Of a stretch of DNA of 29,337 nt, positions 1 to 7,292 are shown piece by piece. The translations under genes were made by a program, and so were the position numbers. This DNA comes from an uncultured Methanosarcinales archaeon (lineage in GTDB: Archaea > Nanobdellota > Nanobdellia > Woesearchaeales > ARS49). The DNA lies in contig CAZWVL010000011.1 of NCBI GenBank assembly GCA_964637115.1, forward strand, positions 2,114-31,450. Reading direction: 5' to 3'. Each line of letters opens with the position of its first letter. Positions within the stretch are counted from its first letter, which is position 1. The notes beneath the pieces were generated by a model. That model saw only the letters and a program-made list of their open reading frames with translations. It had not been told where the DNA came from and made no database searches.

Positions 1-55
1 TAGCCTTGGACATTGCAGCTTCCATCTCGCGAATCTTCTCGTGCTGGTCGGTCAT
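1..55 (-). CDS. 5' end of a gene running off the left edge (MTDQHEKIREMEAAMSKA...), possibly a DRG-family GTP-binding protein
   Basis: ATG at 55-53 preceded on the minus strand by an SD-like AAGGAG. The 18 visible residues resemble the 'EKIxExExxxxK' N-terminal helix of archaeal DRG GTPases; too short to be sure. Confidence 0.4.
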   Translation of the reverse strand, partial: MTDQHEKIREMEAAMSKA

Positions 56-75
56 TGTTGCTCCTTGTTTTTCCT

Positions 76-160
76 CGCGCCGCGCCTTGGCTGTGCCAAG
101 GTGAGTTTTTCTCCCCTGCACAGGCAAGGGGAGAAAAATTCAGTCTACGACCGCGGCGCG
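76..160. other. Perfect four-way-junction (cloverleaf) palindromic element
   Basis: Stems read directly: 76-84/152-160 (9 bp, all GC), 85-91/95-101 (7 bp), 102-117/127-142 (16 bp, one G-T), 143-145/149-151 (3 bp), with no unpaired linkers between them. Function unknown. Confidence 0.75.
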
Positions 161-185
161 CTTTAACCAAGAACTCTCACGCTGG

Positions 186-202
186 TATAAAAAACTTTAT
201 AA
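186..202. promoter_or_regulatory. Back-to-back TATA boxes for the divergent left-edge gene and the MscS-like gene
   Basis: TTTTTATA on minus (193-186) and TTTATAA on plus (196-202), the latter about 24-30 nt upstream of the ATG at 226. Confidence 0.5.
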
Positions 203-225
203 CTGGCATGAATGAACTTGTTAAT

Positions 226-729
226 ATGGGATTCATGACTGTGGTTCAATGGATATACAGCAAATTTGCAGTAGCAATCATCATCCTGCTGGCAGGATTC
301 ATAATTGCAAAAATAGCAGGCAAGCTGGTAAAAAGAGTGCTTGCAGAAGCGGAACTCAACAAGATACTAGCAAAGGCAAAGTTTACGCCAATGAGCGATG
401 CGCTGGGAGCAATTGTCGAGTATGTGCTCTACGCTGCTACACTATTGGTAGTTTTGCAACAGTTTGGAGTAGCAAACATCACAGTGTGGGTGGTGGGCAT
501 TATTGCAGCAATTGTAATCATATTCTCGCTGACCTTGACTTTAAGAGACTTCATTCCAAATGCAATCGTAGGATTGTTCATCAGAAAGAAATTGAAGGCA
601 AAATTGGGCAAACAAATCCAGATAGGAATGATTTCAGGCAAACTAGTACAAGTAGGAATAGTAGCAAGCACAATCAAAAATGCAGATGAACAATATGTTC
701 CGCACTTGTATGCGAGCAAATATGTCTAG
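226..729 (+). CDS. Small-conductance mechanosensitive channel (MscS/CmpX-like), short form
   Basis: Hydrophobic helices, 'L+DFIPNAIVGLFI' TM3-like segment and 'GKQIQIG..SGKLVQVG...STI' beta-domain start. Start placed at ATG 226 from TATA spacing; ATG 208 is an alternative. Confidence 0.7.
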   Translation: MGFMTVVQWIYSKFAVAIIILLAGFIIAKIAGKLVKRVLAEAELNKILAKAKFTPMSDALGAIVEYVLYAATLLVVLQQFGVANITVWVVGIIAAIVIIFSLTLTLRDFIPNAIVGLFIRKKLKAKLGKQIQIGMISGKLVQVGIVASTIKNADEQYVPHLYASKYV

Positions 730-965
730 ACAATTTCCAACAAGCTGACAATGTTGAAAATCTGCGTTCTGGTATAAGACTGCACATTGACATCCTCAGT
801 AATATACTCAAGCTCGTGCAGTGCCTTGCTCACTTTGATAGAAGTTTCAGAATTCTCATTAAGAACTTTAATAGTTGATTGAAGTTTTGCCTTGACGTTC
901 TTTGGCGTCGAGGGGTCTTGCTCCAATTCCTGAATAGCCACGATTACATTCTGAAGCTGATCCAT
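726..965 (-). CDS. UPF0147 family archaeal protein
   Basis: 79 aa; 'L.QDPSTPKNVK', 'L..I.EDVNV.SYTRTQI.NIVS.LE' match the family pattern. Confidence 0.85.
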   Translation of the reverse strand: MDQLQNVIVAIQELEQDPSTPKNVKAKLQSTIKVLNENSETSIKVSKALHELEYITEDVNVQSYTRTQIFNIVSLLEIV

Positions 966-969
966 GTTA

Positions 970-1299
970 TCACTCCTTTACTGTTGCCAAGACTTCTTCT
1001 TGCAGCTTTTTAGCTTTTTCTCTTAACTGCTTTTCCTGCTTTTCCAAAGTCTGCACGCGCAGCTCAAGCAATTCCTTCTTGCCCTGCAGTTCCTTCTGCA
1101 AAACATCCTTATCAGCCCCAATCATAATTCCGCCAACAATCTTGTAAGCAACCTGAGAAGTGGAAATTTCCTTCAATGCACCCTCAACTTCGAATAATTG
1201 AGCTTGGAACTGCTGCTTCTGCATATTCAATGACTGGAGATTCTGCTCCATCATTTGCAAACGCTGAATGCTCTCTTGAGCATCTTTAGGCAGGCTCAT
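970..1299 (-). CDS. pfdB: Prefoldin beta subunit
   Basis: 109 aa; two coiled-coil helices around one beta hairpin ('AYKIVGGIMI'); typical position downstream of rpoP. Confidence 0.92.
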   Translation of the reverse strand: MSLPKDAQESIQRLQMMEQNLQSLNMQKQQFQAQLFEVEGALKEISTSQVAYKIVGGIMIGADKDVLQKELQGKKELLELRVQTLEKQEKQLREKAKKLQEEVLATVKE

Positions 1300-1433
1300 A
1301 ATGCTTTAACCTTAGTTGAAACAGAACGTGACTTGTACAAAACTTTACTGCCGCAGTACGGGCAGCGCACACGCTTGCCCATCATTTCCTCAGAGATTTT
1401 CTTACTGCACAAAAAACAAGTATACTTTACCAT
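1296..1433 (-). CDS. rpoP: DNA-directed RNA polymerase subunit P (Rpo12)
   Basis: 45 aa from ATG 1433: MVKYTCFLC...RVRCPYCGSKVLYKSR; zinc ribbon; lies between L37Ae and pfdB. Confidence 0.93.
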   Translation of the reverse strand: MVKYTCFLCSKKISEEMMGKRVRCPYCGSKVLYKSRSVSTKVKAL

Positions 1434-1434
1434 T

Positions 1435-1743
1435 TTATTGCTCTTCGTCCTCAACGACTTCCCTAGTGCGTATTTCAGGCGCCTCAGCAATCATCTGAGC
1501 AGCCTGCTCAACCAAGCTGAGCTTTGCGCCAACAGTATAAGCTTTTGCTGTGAACCTGGCATTGCACTTCTCGCACTGCCAGATACCAAATGAAACGCGA
1601 TGAACTTTAGGCTTAGCACAGTACGGACAAGGATGGTCCTTCTTCATCTCTATTTCAATCTTCGCAGCCTTGTTCTTAGTAGTACGACCGTAACGCGTAC
1701 CATAACGCTTCACTGGACCCAAACCTCTCAGTGCTTCTGCCAT
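1435..1743 (-). CDS. rpl37ae: 50S ribosomal protein L37Ae (eL43) with an acidic C-terminal extension
   Basis: 'KRYGTRYG', 'CPYC', 'GIWQCEKC..RFTAKAY'; start at ATG 1743 supported by a TATA box at 1766-1773. Confidence 0.95.
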   Translation of the reverse strand: MAEALRGLGPVKRYGTRYGRTTKNKAAKIEIEMKKDHPCPYCAKPKVHRVSFGIWQCEKCNARFTAKAYTVGAKLSLVEQAAQMIAEAPEIRTREVVEDEEQ

Positions 1744-1765
1744 TACAGTGCGGAACAGTGAAGGG

Positions 1766-1773
1766 TTTAAAAA
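1766..1773 (-). promoter_or_regulatory. TATA box of the rpl37ae-rpoP-pfdB-UPF0147 gene run
   Basis: TTTTTAAA 23-30 nt upstream of the ATG at 1743. Confidence 0.6.
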
Positions 1774-1803
1774 GGTTTTGAAATGCTTGCATTTCAAAGC
1801 CCA

Positions 1804-1824
1804 GCCGAATTCTTCGAATTCGGC
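1804..1824. repeat. Perfect inverted repeat GCCGAATTC-TTC-GAATTCGGC in a divergent promoter region
   Basis: 9-bp stem and 3-nt loop read directly, between the TATA boxes of rpl37ae and aRF1. Confidence 0.8.
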
Positions 1825-1846
1825 GTGGTTTCGAGGGGGAACAAAG

Positions 1847-1854
1847 TTTTAAAT
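1847..1854 (+). promoter_or_regulatory. TATA box of aRF1
   Basis: TTTTAAAT 26-33 nt upstream of the ATG at 1880. Confidence 0.55.
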
Positions 1855-1879
1855 AGCGTCCACATAGAACAAAAAAGGT

Positions 1880-2977
1880 ATGTCACTGACTGAAAACCAG
1901 AGATTTCACCTGAAAAAATTCATCAAGGAACTGGATTCATATAGCGCGCGTCATACGGAATTTGTAACTGTATACGTGCCAACAGGCTATGATTTAAACA
2001 AGATAATCCAGCACTTACAGCAAGAGCAAGGAACTGCAACCAACATCAAAAGTGCGCAAACCAGGAACAACGTAATTGATGCATTAGAACGAATGATTGT
2101 GCACCTGCGACTAGTTGGCAAAACTCCAAAAAATGGACTTGCCGCATTCTCAGGAAATGTTGCAGCACGCGAAGGTATGTCCGATGTCAGAGTGTGGAGT
2201 ATAGAACCATCGATTCCCATACAGACACGCATCTACAGATGTGACAAAAACTTCCAGCTGGATATTTTAAAGGCCATGCTTGAAGCAAAAGAAGCATACG
2301 GAATGATAGTCATCGATTCCAGAGACGCGGCAATTGCAGTTCTAAAAGGCAAAACAATCATTCCTCTAGTGCAAACGCACTCACACGTTCCGGGCAAGAT
2401 GAAAGCGGGAGGGCAATCAAGCATCAGATTTGCACGAAACAGAGAAATTGCAGTCAATGACCATTTCAAGAAAGTGGCAGACATTGTCAAAGACCAATTC
2501 TTAAAAATGGAAGGACTGAAAGGAATCCTTGTTGGAGGTCCTGGACCAACAAAATATGATTTTGTAGAGAGCGGACAAATAACCAATGAAGTCAAAAAGA
2601 AGATCATAGCAATCAAAGACTTGAGTTACACCGGCGATTTTGGACTTGAAGAGCTGCTTGAGAAGAGCCAGGACGTCTTAGCACACGAAGATGTCACAGA
2701 AGAAAAGAAACTAGTCAGCAAATTCCTGGAAATGCTTGCCATCAAGCCAGAACTAGTTACTTATGGAGAGGCAAACACATTGAAAGCGCTCGAACTCGGC
2801 GCTGTTAACATTGTACTTTTGTCAGAAGCGCTTGACGAACAAAAAATAGAACAGTTTGAAATCACTGCAAAAGCATTCTCAACAGAAATCAGAATTATTT
2901 CAACAGAAACACGAGAAGGAGTGCAGCTCAGAGACATAGGAAAAATCGGCGCGATTTTGAGATACCCCATAGAATGA
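1880..2977 (+). CDS. prf1: Peptide chain release factor aRF1 (eRF1 family)
   Basis: NIKS motif, YxCxxxF ('YRCDKNF'), GGQS motif, C-terminal 'IGAILRY'. Confidence 0.97.
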   Translation: MSLTENQRFHLKKFIKELDSYSARHTEFVTVYVPTGYDLNKIIQHLQQEQGTATNIKSAQTRNNVIDALERMIVHLRLVGKTPKNGLAAFSGNVAAREGMSDVRVWSIEPSIPIQTRIYRCDKNFQLDILKAMLEAKEAYGMIVIDSRDAAIAVLKGKTIIPLVQTHSHVPGKMKAGGQSSIRFARNREIAVNDHFKKVADIVKDQFLKMEGLKGILVGGPGPTKYDFVESGQITNEVKKKIIAIKDLSYTGDFGLEELLEKSQDVLAHEDVTEEKKLVSKFLEMLAIKPELVTYGEANTLKALELGAVNIVLLSEALDEQKIEQFEITAKAFSTEIRIISTETREGVQLRDIGKIGAILRYPIE

Positions 2978-3621
2978 ACCTCCTAGAACAATCCTACCGA
3001 GAACTGTATCCAGACGGCACTGCTTCTAATTTCACCCTCCAGTACAGCGGCAGATTCAAAGGATACAACGGCAACATCAGAATGCGCCTGGGAGAAATAA
3101 CCGTCAATATGAGCAGGCAATGGAGAGGAGTAAGCCCAGATATACAAAAAGGGCTTGTCCAAGAACTTCTTTCAAGATTATTTAAGACAAAAAAACAGAC
3201 AATCAATATGGAATTATACCATCATTTCATCAGAAGCCTTTCATCAGTTGCTCCAAGGACACACACCCATCCTGTTCTGGAAGAAAGCTTCAAAAGAGTC
3301 AATGACGCGCTCTTCAATGGAATGATGAACCAGCCGAACTTAAAAATTGGAAATGGAATTAACAGGCTGGGAACATATGAATATGCAACAGACGCAATAA
3401 CCATCAGCAAGATTCTGTTTGACAATCAAGAGTTAATGGACTATGTGATGTATCACGAAATGCTCCACAAGAAACATCAATATACATCCAAACCTGGAAG
3501 GCATCTGCACCACAGCACACAGTTCAAAAAAGATGAAGCAAGATTTCCGAATTCAGAGCATTTAGAACTCGAGCTTAACAAACTGGTCAGAAAAAACAAA
3601 AGATGGAGCTTATTCTGGTAA
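2974..3621 (+). CDS. SprT-like / YgjP-like zinc metallopeptidase domain protein
   Basis: 'RLGTY', 'ITIS..L', 'YVMYHEMLHKKH' (HExxH), 'HHS.QFK..E'; ATGA overlap with the aRF1 stop. Confidence 0.75.
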   Translation: MNLLEQSYRELYPDGTASNFTLQYSGRFKGYNGNIRMRLGEITVNMSRQWRGVSPDIQKGLVQELLSRLFKTKKQTINMELYHHFIRSLSSVAPRTHTHPVLEESFKRVNDALFNGMMNQPNLKIGNGINRLGTYEYATDAITISKILFDNQELMDYVMYHEMLHKKHQYTSKPGRHLHHSTQFKKDEARFPNSEHLELELNKLVRKNKRWSLFW

Positions 3622-3655
3622 GTTATTTAAAGGACCTATTGACTCTAGAATATAT

Positions 3656-4252
3656 ATGGTGAGAATATTAGCAGCAGGGGACTTCCACGGAGATAAACAG
3701 ATAGCAGTCTATCTCGCAAACAAAGCAGTATATGAAAAAGCAGATTTGATAGTATTAAATGGGGACATAGTGGAAGAAAACGACACTGAAGGAGTCATGC
3801 ACCATTTTGTCAAAACAGGAAAGCCTGTGTTTTTGGTGCCGGGCAACCACGACTGGTTTGCAACTGATTTTCTTGCAGCGCAATACAACGCGACCAATTT
3901 GCACGGCAAAAGCGTCAAACACGGAAATGTTGCGCTCTTAGGCTGCGGCGGAACAAATGCGGGCATGAATATGCTCACTGAAAAAGAAATTTATGACACA
4001 ATAAAAGAGACTGACAGGGGCATTACAGCATCAAAAAAATTATTGATAACACACATCCATCCGGCAGACAGTCTCATGGAATCATTCTCCCAATTCGTCA
4101 AGGGAAGCATTGGATTAAGAAAGGCAATAGAAGCAACCAAGCCAGATATTGTCGTCTGCGGACACGTGCATGAAGCAGAAGGCATAGAAGAGAAAATAGG
4201 AAATACCTTAGTCATTAATGTCGGAAAGAAAGGAAGAATATTGGAACTGTAA
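3656..4252 (+). CDS. Calcineurin-like metallophosphoesterase
   Basis: Motifs D-x-H ('GDFHG'), 'GDIV', 'GNHD', 'ITH', 'GHVHE'. Confidence 0.92.
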   Translation: MVRILAAGDFHGDKQIAVYLANKAVYEKADLIVLNGDIVEENDTEGVMHHFVKTGKPVFLVPGNHDWFATDFLAAQYNATNLHGKSVKHGNVALLGCGGTNAGMNMLTEKEIYDTIKETDRGITASKKLLITHIHPADSLMESFSQFVKGSIGLRKAIEATKPDIVVCGHVHEAEGIEEKIGNTLVINVGKKGRILEL

Positions 4253-4320
4253 AAACCGTAATGCGGTTTTTAGCACAGTCGGAAACCCACACAAATATAT
4301 TATTTCTTGTGGATTTCCGA
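4250..4320. terminator. Two hairpins filling the gap between convergent genes (possible terminators or 3' stabilisers)
   Basis: 4250-4258/4264-4272 perfect 9-bp stem starting at the TAA stop. 4279-4320 is a longer stem (TCGGAAA..CCACA / TGTGG..TTTCCGA) that is continuous with a G-U pair on the minus strand. Confidence 0.55.
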
Positions 4321-4323
4321 TGT

Positions 4324-4827
4324 CTAAGTGAACCTCGTCAAATTAAGGAATGCCTTGAGATTATTCTTCAATGCCATAACGTCCTCTTTTACTCCACGCT
4401 CAAAACCGCTGATGAAAGGCGTGTACACATATTTCTCAAAGACGGTCCTTAGAACAAAAAATACTGGCTTACCTTCCCATCTGCCCTCATAATCAGTTTC
4501 AAGAATTCCATCAAAAATCAGAATAATCTTGCCTTCCTGTATTTTCACTTTCCTTCCATCACGCTCAATAACAATATCTTTCATATCCTGGAATTGAGCC
4601 TTGATTTTGATAACACTCTTGGCATAATCAGTATACTTCTTGAACGGCTCAAATTCCATATCAACAATCTTCCCCTCAGGCTTCGTGGTTTCACCGTGAC
4701 GCTTCTCAATCAACCAATAACCCTTGTCAGTAGCCCAGTTCTGCATGACTTTGAACACCTCTTTGGCATCAAAGACACCCTGATAATCAAGGCGCTCCTT
4801 GTCAATAACAATATTTCTTTCCGCCAT
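4324..4827 (-). CDS. Uncharacterised protein, paralog 3 of a tandem triplet
   Basis: 167 aa ORF sharing motifs with 4828-5346 and 5386-6021 (see findings). Confidence 0.85.
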   Translation of the reverse strand: MAERNIVIDKERLDYQGVFDAKEVFKVMQNWATDKGYWLIEKRHGETTKPEGKIVDMEFEPFKKYTDYAKSVIKIKAQFQDMKDIVIERDGRKVKIQEGKIILIFDGILETDYEGRWEGKPVFFVLRTVFEKYVYTPFISGFERGVKEDVMALKNNLKAFLNLTRFT

Positions 4828-5346
4828 TCACATAACCTCTTGGCCAAGTTTTTCCTTAATCAGCCGAGTCAACTGCAAAGACTTCAGCAAACACATATCT
4901 TCCCAGTAGTCAACAATCGTGTATTTAATAATGTAATTCCTGTAAAACGCATTCAGCGCCTTTATGAACGGTGCGAACGGTCCAGCGCCCTTAAAACGGT
5001 TCTGCCAATCTAATACGAGCATCGGAGAAATTTCAAAGAATATCTGGCCGTCCTGCACTTTAATCTTCTTGCCATCCTGAATAATTTCCACATCACGCAG
5101 GTTATAGACTCTCATGAAAAACTCGATTTCATATCTGACATACTCGGTAATGTTCTTCTTCCCTTTCATCTTGAACTCGTGCTCCGTACCGGTAGGTCCT
5201 GGAAACTTCTGCTTATACATCGGCATGTCAAGAACATCAAAATCTTCATCAATATACCATTTGCGCACGGCCTGCAGCAAGTCAGAATAGTTGAAAAAAC
5301 CGCGATGCTTAATCAACTGCACTGGCTGCGGATACTCGTCTGCCAT
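4828..5346 (-). CDS. Uncharacterised protein, paralog 2 of a tandem triplet
   Basis: 172 aa ORF; TATA TTTATAAA at 5369-5376; shared motifs. Confidence 0.85.
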   Translation of the reverse strand: MADEYPQPVQLIKHRGFFNYSDLLQAVRKWYIDEDFDVLDMPMYKQKFPGPTGTEHEFKMKGKKNITEYVRYEIEFFMRVYNLRDVEIIQDGKKIKVQDGQIFFEISPMLVLDWQNRFKGAGPFAPFIKALNAFYRNYIIKYTIVDYWEDMCLLKSLQLTRLIKEKLGQEVM

Positions 5347-5385
5347 GCCTTAAAAATACGAAAGACCATTTATAAACATTTGTTT

Positions 5386-6021
5386 CTACTCGAGTGTACG
5401 CTTCACAAAGAATTCCCCCGCTTCCTTGGTAGGCATGAAAGTTTCCAACTTCAAATAGTTCATAATGAGGTCGCGAAAGCGATAAGCGTCAGAATAAATG
5501 TTCTTCTTGTGCATGGTAATCTTGTTTCTCAACTGGCGCTTAATATAAAGATCCTTGATATTCTTGAACGGCCACTTGGTCCATTCTTTCTCCTTGTCAA
5601 TGAGAAGTGCAGCGCGACAAGTAACTTCGAACTCGCTCCTGTCTGCCTTCAATTTCTGGCCTTTCCAAGCAATCTCCGTGTCCTTCAAACCAAGAATCTT
5701 CCAATCAACATCCATCATATACGTAAACAGACTTTTTCCCGGACCTGGCGGCGGCCTGGTCAAACGCCATCTCAACCAGATTTCCTTTCCAAAAGCAGGG
5801 CTCTCACGCTGCATATAATACGTCTCTGGAAATTTTGAATCATCACGGTCAGGAGTTGCCCAGCCTTCCTCAACAACCCAGTCATGAATCATTGTGTAGA
5901 CATAGCTCAAGTTGTAAGCATCACGAACCTGAATAACCCATTCCGTAACAGGAAGACGATCACAGTTCAAATAAGTCCATCGATGAATAATAGGATTATC
6001 ACTCGGCTGCTGGAATGCCAT
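5386..6021 (-). CDS. Uncharacterised protein, paralog 1 of a tandem triplet
   Basis: 211 aa ORF; TATA-like TTTATAAA about 23-30 nt upstream; shared motifs. Confidence 0.85.
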   Translation of the reverse strand: MAFQQPSDNPIIHRWTYLNCDRLPVTEWVIQVRDAYNLSYVYTMIHDWVVEEGWATPDRDDSKFPETYYMQRESPAFGKEIWLRWRLTRPPPGPGKSLFTYMMDVDWKILGLKDTEIAWKGQKLKADRSEFEVTCRAALLIDKEKEWTKWPFKNIKDLYIKRQLRNKITMHKKNIYSDAYRFRDLIMNYLKLETFMPTKEAGEFFVKRTLE

Positions 6022-6098
6022 GCCCTGACCAATGGCAAGCGAGTTTATAAAGATAACGGGGGCAAAATTTAATAAACAACAGTCAGGGGAGCATTAGA

Positions 6099-7292
6099 AT
6101 GCTAGTCGGAATTGTAGGAAAGGCCAACGTTGGAAAAAGCACGTTCTTCAAAGCAGCGACACTCGCAGAGGCGCTGATTGCAAACTATCCCTTTGCGACG
6201 ATAAAGCCAAACAGGGCATTTGCATTCATCAAAATAGATTGTGTAGACAAGGAATTGGGAGTGCAGTGCAATCCAAAGTATGGATACTGCGTAAAGAACA
6301 AAAGATTTGTGCCAATAGAAGTATTAGATGTTGCTGGCCTGGTGCCAGGAGCACACGAAGGAAAAGGAATGGGCAACCAGTTCTTGGATGACTTGAGGCA
6401 GGCGGACGTATTTATTCATGTTGTAGATATGGCAGGAACAACCAACCAAAGAGGGGAGCCTGTCGAACCAGGCAGTTACGACCCTGCATTTGACATCAGA
6501 TTTCTTGAAGTAGAACTGGACATGTGGATACTTGGCATCATACACAGAGGCTGGGACAGGTTTGCACGCGTAGTCCAACAGGAAAAGGCGAAATTGTCAA
6601 CCGCGATGGCGAAGCAATTATCTGGATTAAACGTCACTGAAGCAATTGTTCAAGAAGCGATGGGAAAACTTGGCCTCGACCCAGAAAAACCGGCAGCGTG
6701 GACTGACCAAAACCTGCTTGACATCGCAAAGCACATCAGAAAAAGAACAAAACCGATGCTGGTTGTTGCAAATAAAATGGACCTGCCGACAGCGCAGGCG
6801 AATTTAGAAAGATGCCAAAAAGAATTCCCGGACTATACTATCATTCCCTGCTCGGGCGATTCTGAACTTGCACTAAAAGAAGCAGCAAAAGCAGGATTAA
6901 TCAGCTACATTCCAGGAGAATCAAGTTTTGAAATGAGCGACAAACTTAATGATAACCAAAAAAAAGCACTTATGTTCATAAAACAGAACGTACTTGACAA
7001 ATATGGAAGCACGGGAGTGCAAAAAGCACTTGACATAGCCGTGCTTGAACTACTGAAGTACATCGCAATATTCCCCGGAGGAGTTGGAAAGTTAGGAGAT
7101 AGCCAAGGAAGAATACTGCCAGACTGCTTCTTACTCCCACCTGGAAGCACAGCACTCGGCTTTGCAGCACACATTCACACAGACTTGGCAAAGAATTTTG
7201 TAGCGGCAATTGATGTCAAGAGCAAAAGAAAAATTGCCAAAGACACGCCGCTCAAAAACAGGGATGTTATCGAGATAATGGTCTCAAAATAG
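6099..7292 (+). CDS. ychF: YchF/Ola1 family translation-associated NTPase, archaeal type
   Basis: 'GKANVGKST', 'NYPFATI.PN', 'DVAGLVPGAHEGKGMGNQFL', 'NKMD', C-terminal TGS domain ('LPPGSTA..FA..IHTD'). Confidence 0.93.
   Translation: MLVGIVGKANVGKSTFFKAATLAEALIANYPFATIKPNRAFAFIKIDCVDKELGVQCNPKYGYCVKNKRFVPIEVLDVAGLVPGAHEGKGMGNQFLDDLRQADVFIHVVDMAGTTNQRGEPVEPGSYDPAFDIRFLEVELDMWILGIIHRGWDRFARVVQQEKAKLSTAMAKQLSGLNVTEAIVQEAMGKLGLDPEKPAAWTDQNLLDIAKHIRKRTKPMLVVANKMDLPTAQANLERCQKEFPDYTIIPCSGDSELALKEAAKAGLISYIPGESSFEMSDKLNDNQKKALMFIKQNVLDKYGSTGVQKALDIAVLELLKYIAIFPGGVGKLGDSQGRILPDCFLLPPGSTALGFAAHIHTDLAKNFVAAIDVKSKRKIAKDTPLKNRDVIEIMVSK

Noticed and set aside
76-160. Cloverleaf as a tRNA or tRNA-Sec
   Set aside because: No TTC-containing T-loop, no D-loop GG, no 7-nt anticodon loop, and the arm lengths do not fit.
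13-225. N-terminal extension of the 13..729 ORF
   Set aside because: It runs through the start of the divergent gene, the palindromic element and the TATA boxes; channel-like sequence begins only near 208-226.
5179-5838. 219-aa plus-strand ORF (also 4594..5013, 249..689, 2233..2616 and similar)
   Set aside because: Antisense or off-frame shadows of well-supported genes, with no recognisable motifs or promoter.
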